Assembly (NCBI GenBank): GCA_021399345.1
Contig: JAAFKI010000150.1
Location: 1-42,080, forward strand
Direction: 5' to 3'
Source: Candidatus Heimdallarchaeota archaeon
GTDB lineage: Archaea > Asgardarchaeota > Heimdallarchaeia > Heimdallarchaeales > Heimdallarchaeaceae
Length of the DNA stretch: 42,080 nucleotides
A program made the position numbers and the translations under genes. A model generated the notes under the pieces. The model had not been told where the DNA came from. It did no database searches and saw nothing but the letters and a program-made list of their open reading frames with translations. Of the stretch, positions 35,842 to 42,080 are shown one piece after another; position 1 is the stretch's first letter; each line of letters starts with the position of its first letter.

Positions 35842-36582
35842 ATGGCGAAATTTCTGACAATCTTACTTGCGGAAGCATCTATCGAATCCTTTCCAGAAGA
35901 ACTGATGAAGGATATAAATGTGAGAAACTTCTTTTCTAAACTAAAGAAATCACCATCTGAAGTAATGCTAGATGTAAATTATCATAAACAACTCATCGGG
36001 GGACTACCAGATTTTGAGAGACGAGGAAGGGCCGATATAGTTCATTTCACCCTCTTGTCTTGTTTTGGTTCTATTTGTGCTAGAGAGGAAAGACTTCAAG
36101 TGATTATTCACACATATGATGACAGAGTAATATATCTCAATCCTGAAATAAGATTGCCAAAAAGCATTGAGCGGTTTAACGGTCTATTTTTGCAGCTATT
36201 TAAGAATGGAAGATCACCTCCAACAGGAGATGAAGTTCTAATGAATCTTACAAAGAGTTCTCTTCCGAATCTTCTGGAAGAATTACGGCAGAAACACGAC
36301 ATGATAATTGAGTTCAGTGTTAAAGGAGAACAACTTACTTCTCTTGAATATTCAAAAATAATTTTTGAATCCACAAATCCCTTACTAATATTTGGAGCTT
36401 TTCCACACGGAGAAATAAAGAACTTACCAAGAGAATTAGTTGACAAGAAGTTGGGAATTTATGAAGAAGGTTTAGATTTGTTTGCTGTAATATCTCAAAT
36501 CCTTGCTAGTCAGCATATGATTGAAGAAGATTCACTTTCAAAAGAAAATGGATCTGAAGAACGAAAAGTTTCATGGGAGTAA
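35842..36582 (+). CDS. nep1: rRNA pseudouridine N1-methyltransferase Nep1/Emg1 (SPOUT)
   Basis: LAEASIE, LD.NYH, RGRADIVH, IHT, RLPK..RF.GL..QL, GAFPHG. Confidence 0.93.
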   Translation: MAKFLTILLAEASIESFPEELMKDINVRNFFSKLKKSPSEVMLDVNYHKQLIGGLPDFERRGRADIVHFTLLSCFGSICAREERLQVIIHTYDDRVIYLNPEIRLPKSIERFNGLFLQLFKNGRSPPTGDEVLMNLTKSSLPNLLEELRQKHDMIIEFSVKGEQLTSLEYSKIIFESTNPLLIFGAFPHGEIKNLPRELVDKKLGIYEEGLDLFAVISQILASQHMIEEDSLSKENGSEERKVSWE

Positions 36583-36651
36583 GAGTTGAAGAATAAAAGA
36601 GCGACTTCCTAGCGACATGTTTAAATTATTTCTTTAATTCGCTCAAAATAG

Positions 36652-38778
36652 GTGAAAATACTGCCATTAGCTAAATTAGATAAGTTATTGCATCCAGAAA
36701 GCGTTGCCATTATTGGTGCTAGTCCAGATAAGAAGAAGGTTGGATATGCTGCCTTAAGAAACATGGTGTTGAGCGGTTTCAAAGGAAGGCTTTATGCGAT
36801 AAATCCAAAAGCGGATCAATATGGGGAGATTGAGGGAGTAAAGGTTTATGCAAGTATAGATGATATTGAAGATGAAGTTGATTTAGCTGTTATCTGTATT
36901 CCTGCAAGATTTATCCCATCATTAATGGATGATTTGGGGAAAAAAGGCGTTAAATATGCTGCTGTAATCACTGCTGGTTTTAAAGAAACTGGTTCTGAAG
37001 GTGCGGAGTTAGAGAAAAAAATTGTAGAGATTGCACGAAAATATGGAATGAGAATTGTAGGTCCAAATATATTGGGTGTTATGGATACATCTGCTCCTAT
37101 GAATGCTAGTTTTGCAGAACGCTCACCTATTAAGGGTGATGTGGCATTTCTGAGTCAAAGTGGAGCTTTGTTGACAGGAATATTGGATTGGAGCTGTGCT
37201 GAGGGAATTGGATATTCAAGTTTTGTTTCTCTAGGGAACAAAGCTGATTTAGATGAAACAGATTTTATTGAAGCGTTAGCAGATGATGTGCACACTCTAG
37301 CAATTTTAGCATATCTTGAAAGCATAAGTAGGGGGCTTGATTTTATCAAAGTTTGCAAGTCAGTCACTCGAAAAAAACCGGTTATTATTATAAAATCTGG
37401 ACGTTCAATAGCAGGTGCAAGAGCTGCTTCCTCGCACACAGGCAGTATGGTGGGTGTAGATACAACCTATGATGTGGCATTTGAGAAAGCTGGTGTAATA
37501 AGAGCAGATGATGCTCAAGAATTATTTGATATGGCTTTTGCTTTTAGTTTTATGCCTATTCCTGAAGGAAATAAAATAGTTATAATTACAAACGCAGGAG
37601 GACCAGGAATATTAGCTACTGATGCAGCAGAAAAATCTGGTCTTGAGCTTGCAACACTTTCTACTGAGTTTAAAGGTAAATTAAAATCCTTCTTACCACC
37701 AGCTGCAAACTTCAACAATCCTATTGATGCACTTGGAACCGCACAAGCAGAAGACTATGGAAAGGTTCTAGAACTGTCCTTGTTAAGTGACGATGTAGAT
37801 GGTGTAATTCTAATTCTTACTCCTCAGGCAATGACTGAGGGTCAAGAAACTGCAGATAAAATAATAGAAATACGTAAAAAATATCCACACAAGCCTATTA
37901 TCACTGTTTTCATAGGTGGGGAGATTTTAGGACCAAGCATTTATCAGTTGAAAAAGAACAAAATACCTTGTTTTCCTCATCCAGAAAGAGGTGTGAGAGC
38001 AATGGGCGCTCTTGCTGAATATGATAAAATTAGGAAAAGACCAATTGATGATAAAATTCCAAATCTAGATAGAGACAAAGAACAAGTTAGAAGTATCTTT
38101 GATAAAGTTGAATCAGAAGGGCGAAAGAACCTATTGGGTACAGAAGCAATTAACGTTGCAAAAGCATATGGGATTTGTGTTCCTAATACCAAACTAGCTC
38201 GATCAAAAGAAGAAGCTGCATCTTTAGCTGAGGAAATAGGCTTTCCTGTTGTAATGAAAATAACAAGCCCTGATATTATACATAAAACAGATATTGGTGG
38301 AGTAAGGTTAAATGTCAAAAGCAAAGAAGAAGCTACCAAAACATATGAAGAAATAACCGCTAAAGCAAAGGAGCATTATCCTGAAACCAAGCTTCTAGCA
38401 GTTGATGTTCAAAAGATGGAAAAGATAGGAAAAGAGCTCATTGTAGGGTCAATGAAGGATCCTCAATTTGGTTCTCTTGTTATGGTGGGTTTGGGGGGTG
38501 TTTATACTAACTTCTTTAAGGATGTAGCTTTTGGATTAGCTCCATTAACAAAATTAGAATCCGAAAAGATGTTACAGCGAACAAAAACATATACTCTTCT
38601 CAAAGGAGTACGCGGAGAATCACCATCTGATATAGCAGCAGTGAATGAAACTTTACTTAGAGTATCATTATTGGTTACTGACTTTCCTGAAATAGAGGAA
38701 CTAGATATCAATCCATTTTTTGTTTATGAGGAAGGAAAGGGTGTGTCTGCTTTGGATGTGAAAATAGCACTCGAATAA
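36652..38778 (+). CDS. ADP-forming acyl-CoA synthetase, fused alpha-beta
   Basis: VAIIGAS, TAGFKE, GPN.LG, SQSGAL, SLGNKAD, SSHTG (phospho-His), TNAGGPG, ATP-grasp HKTDIGGV, ELDINP. Confidence 0.94.
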   Translation: MKILPLAKLDKLLHPESVAIIGASPDKKKVGYAALRNMVLSGFKGRLYAINPKADQYGEIEGVKVYASIDDIEDEVDLAVICIPARFIPSLMDDLGKKGVKYAAVITAGFKETGSEGAELEKKIVEIARKYGMRIVGPNILGVMDTSAPMNASFAERSPIKGDVAFLSQSGALLTGILDWSCAEGIGYSSFVSLGNKADLDETDFIEALADDVHTLAILAYLESISRGLDFIKVCKSVTRKKPVIIIKSGRSIAGARAASSHTGSMVGVDTTYDVAFEKAGVIRADDAQELFDMAFAFSFMPIPEGNKIVIITNAGGPGILATDAAEKSGLELATLSTEFKGKLKSFLPPAANFNNPIDALGTAQAEDYGKVLELSLLSDDVDGVILILTPQAMTEGQETADKIIEIRKKYPHKPIITVFIGGEILGPSIYQLKKNKIPCFPHPERGVRAMGALAEYDKIRKRPIDDKIPNLDRDKEQVRSIFDKVESEGRKNLLGTEAINVAKAYGICVPNTKLARSKEEAASLAEEIGFPVVMKITSPDIIHKTDIGGVRLNVKSKEEATKTYEEITAKAKEHYPETKLLAVDVQKMEKIGKELIVGSMKDPQFGSLVMVGLGGVYTNFFKDVAFGLAPLTKLESEKMLQRTKTYTLLKGVRGESPSDIAAVNETLLRVSLLVTDFPEIEELDINPFFVYEEGKGVSALDVKIALE

Positions 38779-38991
38779 TGAGTGCTTCATGCATTTATTT
38801 TTGTATTATTTCTGTATTATGTTTGTAACTCTTCAATTGTTATCTTCTACTTTCAGTTACTATCAAAGTGTTTTTTCACATTTTAGCAAATAACGAAAAA
38901 ATATTCGTTTTTATTTTTTAGTTAATCTTTTGGATAGTTAGCAAAAATGTTAGGTTCACTTCAAAACTTTGATATGAATATGATTGGTTTT

Positions 38992-39603
38992 TCAATCAAC
39001 TTTATCTTTCGCGCTTTCAAAGACAATAAATCCAGTCTTTAGTTTTTCTGCCTCATCTTGTGATAGTTCAATTGTCTCTAGCTTGTTTGGATCTGCAGGA
39101 ATGATGGATGAATTTCCAAAAGGATCTTCAACAACAATATCGATTGGAAGATTATCTTTAATATAAGAATCCAAGAGTTCAACATATACTCTAATCTTTT
39201 CTCTTTCTTCATCTGAACTTGCATCACCTAAGAGGAAAAATGCTTTTCCTCTGATGTCGTGAAGTATACCTTCAATATTGTTGATAAAACCTTCCGCATT
39301 AGGACCTGGTTCTATCATGGCCCCTATTTGTGGAAAGATTATCGTTCCATTAGCTGCTCTTATGATTTTTGTTGTATAATCATCTTTATTTTCAGCATGG
39401 TAAATGTATCTGATTGGATCTTTAAATGAGAGATTGATAAAATCATTGTGTTTAAAATGACAGTCAGAACAAACCATATTGAAAAACCAAAGTTGGGGAA
39501 AATGAGGGATATCCATTATCTTTTGTGTAATTTTAGTATTGGTACTGCTACACACAGGACATTTAACTTCCATCATTTCAAAATTATGTTCCTCTGTTGT
39601 CAT
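38992..39603 (-). CDS. ZPR1 zinc-finger protein
   Basis: CPVC, DIPHF, CSDC, IEPG, GFI.NIEG.L, EDPFGNS. Confidence 0.94.
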   Translation of the reverse strand: MTTEEHNFEMMEVKCPVCSSTNTKITQKIMDIPHFPQLWFFNMVCSDCHFKHNDFINLSFKDPIRYIYHAENKDDYTTKIIRAANGTIIFPQIGAMIEPGPNAEGFINNIEGILHDIRGKAFFLLGDASSDEEREKIRVYVELLDSYIKDNLPIDIVVEDPFGNSSIIPADPNKLETIELSQDEAEKLKTGFIVFESAKDKVD

Positions 39604-39721
39604 TTAATCGCTTTTTACTTCTTTGTAAATCATTTAAAGTTTAAGATAGAATGAAACTTAGTTCAATTAAACTACAAGTTTGAACAGTAAATTTTTTTAG
39701 ATTAAAATTCAAGGGGAGTCG

Positions 39722-40360
39722 ATGAGAGAAGAGCTATTGGACTTATACAACAACCTCTATGAAGAATATGGTTCTCAAAACTGGTGGCCAGGTGAGGGGT
39801 TAGAAATCGCCATTGGAGCAATATTAACTCAGCAAACTAATTGGAAAAATGTGGAAAAAACTCTTCTTCAGTTAAAGGATGCCCATTGCTTGAATATGAA
39901 ATGTTTGCAGAAGATTTCTATTGAGGAGTTAGAAAAACTAATTAAATCAAGTGGATTTTACCGCATAAAGGCTAGACGGATAAAAAATCTAATAGAGTTA
40001 CTATCAATCAACCCACAACCTGATCGTAAAACTTTGTTATCAATAAACGGGTTGGGCGATGAAACAACGGACTCTATCATGCTTTACTTATTCAAAAAGA
40101 AATATTTTGTAATTGATTCCTATACATTTCGAATTATGAATAGACTTGGTTTATATGATGGCAAGAATTACTTGGAACTCCAAAGACTATTTATGAAGAA
40201 TCTTCCAAGTAAATTACAGTTATATCAAGAATATCATGCATTAATAGTGAAACATGCAAAGAGTTATTGTATAAAGAGCAATCCTCAGTGTGTTAATTGC
40301 GCACTCAACAAAAGATGTCAATACAGTATAGAAAAAAACAAAAAGAGTTTGGAGCGGTAA
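39722..40360 (+). CDS. Endonuclease III-related HhH-GPD protein with 4Fe-4S motif
   Basis: Q.WWP, GAILTQQTNW, SGFY..KA, LLSINGLG.ET.D, VIDSY, C-x6-C-x2-C-x5-C. Confidence 0.9.
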   Translation: MREELLDLYNNLYEEYGSQNWWPGEGLEIAIGAILTQQTNWKNVEKTLLQLKDAHCLNMKCLQKISIEELEKLIKSSGFYRIKARRIKNLIELLSINPQPDRKTLLSINGLGDETTDSIMLYLFKKKYFVIDSYTFRIMNRLGLYDGKNYLELQRLFMKNLPSKLQLYQEYHALIVKHAKSYCIKSNPQCVNCALNKRCQYSIEKNKKSLER

Positions 40361-40362
40361 AT

Positions 40363-41562
40363 ATGTTTCTTACCAAAGAACAACAGAAGATGCTAGATGG
40401 GGAATTTGGGCATGCAATTGCTAAACTCACTCAATTAATTGTAAAAATCGGTGAAGTAAATGGTGCAACAAGACTTATTCCAATAAAAAATGCACAAATT
40501 GCGGGTGTTTCATACTTAACTGTTGGAGAACCTATTTTCACTTTTTTCAATATGTTATCTGAAGATAATGTCAAAGTTAGCGTTCCTAGCTGGTTAAATC
40601 CTGCTGGGATGGATATGAAGAAATGGAAAGAAATGGGAATAAAAAATGATTTTGCTGAAAAACAGCGTAAAATTATACAACAATATCAGAAGATGGGAAT
40701 ACAACCAACACTTACCTGTACACCATACTTGATTGGGCATAAACCAAAATTTGGTGACCATTTAGCATGGAGTGAATCATCAGCTGTATCTGTAGCTAAC
40801 GCTTATTATGGTGCAAGAACAAACAGAGAAGGAGGTCCTTCCTCATTAGCATCAGCTATAACTGGTTTTACTGCTGATTATGGGTTACACAAGAAGGAAA
40901 ACAGAGTTCCTAAAATAGTTGTAGATGTAAAAGCAACAATTACTCATTTTTCAGATTTCTCAGCTTTGGGCTATTGGTATGGGGAAAAGTTTCATGGAAT
41001 TATCCCATATTTTAAAAATATAAAAAATACCAATATTGATCAAGTAAAAATGTTAGGCGCGGCAATGGCTGCATCAGGAAGCGTGGCTCACTTTCACATT
41101 GCAAAGCATACACCAGAAGCTGAAAAAGTTGATTTGAGTTATATAAGTGAAACAGTTACCTTCGATGAAAACGATAAAAAACAAATATACGACCATTTCA
41201 ACCAGATAAAGGAAAGAGTAAATTTAGTGGTAATTGGGTGTCCTCATACAAGTCTTGAGGACGTAAAACTTATTGATTCATCTCTTGGAGATAAGTCTAT
41301 CAAGGAGGGGATTAAATTCTGGGTTTTTTCCTCTCAAGAATTGATGCAAAATGATAAAGCAAAGAAACTTTTAACCAATTTGGAGGAAAAGGGAGTGAAA
41401 ATATTTACTGATACTTGTATGGTTGTATCTCCCGTAGTTAGGGAAAATTACAAAAACATTGTGACAAATTCTGCTAAAGCGGCATTTTATCTCACTAGAG
41501 AAGGTACAAACAATGTTAACTTACTTTCTTTGTCTGAAATTATAGAGAGGGTTTCTGAATGA
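40363..41562 (+). CDS. Aconitase X catalytic subunit (phosphomevalonate dehydratase large subunit-like)
   Basis: MFLT.EQ..ML.GE.G, GVSY, LNP, TCTPY, WSESSA, GARTNREG, GCPH, DTCMV, TNSAK. Confidence 0.92.
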   Translation: MFLTKEQQKMLDGEFGHAIAKLTQLIVKIGEVNGATRLIPIKNAQIAGVSYLTVGEPIFTFFNMLSEDNVKVSVPSWLNPAGMDMKKWKEMGIKNDFAEKQRKIIQQYQKMGIQPTLTCTPYLIGHKPKFGDHLAWSESSAVSVANAYYGARTNREGGPSSLASAITGFTADYGLHKKENRVPKIVVDVKATITHFSDFSALGYWYGEKFHGIIPYFKNIKNTNIDQVKMLGAAMAASGSVAHFHIAKHTPEAEKVDLSYISETVTFDENDKKQIYDHFNQIKERVNLVVIGCPHTSLEDVKLIDSSLGDKSIKEGIKFWVFSSQELMQNDKAKKLLTNLEEKGVKIFTDTCMVVSPVVRENYKNIVTNSAKAAFYLTREGTNNVNLLSLSEIIERVSE

Positions 41563-41966
41563 AAACAATAAAAATACGTACTATTGTTGAAGGTACTGTA
41601 GAGGGAATTGCTTTAGTTTCACCTATTCCAATTTCGTTTTTTGGTGGTGTTGATGCTGAAACAGGAATAATAACTGATTCCGAGAATCCATTATTTGGAG
41701 AAAGTCTTACTGATAAAATTTTTGTATTTCCAGAGAGTAAAGGATCAACCGTGGGTTCGTATGTTATTTATGGTCTAAGTGTTAATAATGTGGCGCCACT
41801 TGCACTTATAGCAAATAAGGCAGAAACAATTGTTATAGCAGGAGCAATACTAGCGAATATTCCCTTTGTTGATAAAACTGACCAAGATGTTACTATTTCA
41901 ATTAAAACAGGAGATAAACTAGTGATAGATACTACTCAAAATATAATAAAAATAAAAAAAGAGTAG
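41559..41966 (+). CDS. Aconitase X swivel subunit (DUF126-like)
   Basis: G.ALVS..PISFFGGVD..TG, KGSTVGSY, AP; ATGA overlap with the large subunit. Confidence 0.93.
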   Translation: MKTIKIRTIVEGTVEGIALVSPIPISFFGGVDAETGIITDSENPLFGESLTDKIFVFPESKGSTVGSYVIYGLSVNNVAPLALIANKAETIVIAGAILANIPFVDKTDQDVTISIKTGDKLVIDTTQNIIKIKKE

Positions 41967-41982
41967 AGTTAGTAAAAACTAT

Positions 41983-42080
41983 TTACCTTCGCTTTTTACC
42001 TTGTTGTTCTGATAGTAATTTCTGAAATTCGTCTCTTAACAAAGTTTCTTGTCCTTGCAAAGCTTGTTTTTTCTCCTCAT
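41983..42080 (-). CDS. 3' end of a gene running off the window; coiled coil, possibly prefoldin beta
   Basis: Manual translation ...EEKKQALQGQETLLRDEFQKLLSEQQGKKRR*. Confidence 0.4.
   Translation of the reverse strand, partial: EEKKQALQGQETLLRDEFQKLLSEQQGKKRR

Noticed and set aside
38779-38991. Hidden gene or ncRNA between the acyl-CoA synthetase and ZPR1
   Set aside because: The frames I read are closed by stops; the T-rich sequence fits a convergent terminator region.
1-42080. CRISPR array, rRNA or IS transposase
   Set aside because: No regularly spaced repeats, rRNA-like GC-rich tract or transposase ORF found by eye.

Overview
AT-rich archaeal chromosome segment, most likely from an Asgard archaeon (Heimdallarchaeia-like). 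This is inferred from two roadblock/LC7 proteins, a Rab-like GTPase and a eukaryote-like STT3 alongside PolD DP1, aEF-1alpha and the S19e-L39e-L31e-eIF6-LX-PfdA-FtsY cluster. Most of the window is housekeeping or metabolic: TopA, FtsZ, form III RuBisCO with R15P isomerase, LipA/LipB, Nep1, ADP-forming acyl-CoA synthetase and an aconitase X pair. There are six tRNA genes, all with encoded CCA. The standout is a ~3.15-kb tRNA-anchored island (29551-32837). A tRNA(CAU) with two BHB introns has its 3' half, including part of an intron, duplicated 3154 bp away. The only cargo between the copies is one 985-aa orphan ORF with a candidate PD-(D/E)xK nuclease motif and a palindrome/hairpin-containing leader; there is no recognisable integrase. 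Features missed by the ORF track are rpl39e, an alpha/beta-hydrolase remnant with its catalytic core deleted in frame, and a DtxR-like palindrome before the FTR1 iron permease. All assignments come from motif reading by eye; no searches were run.
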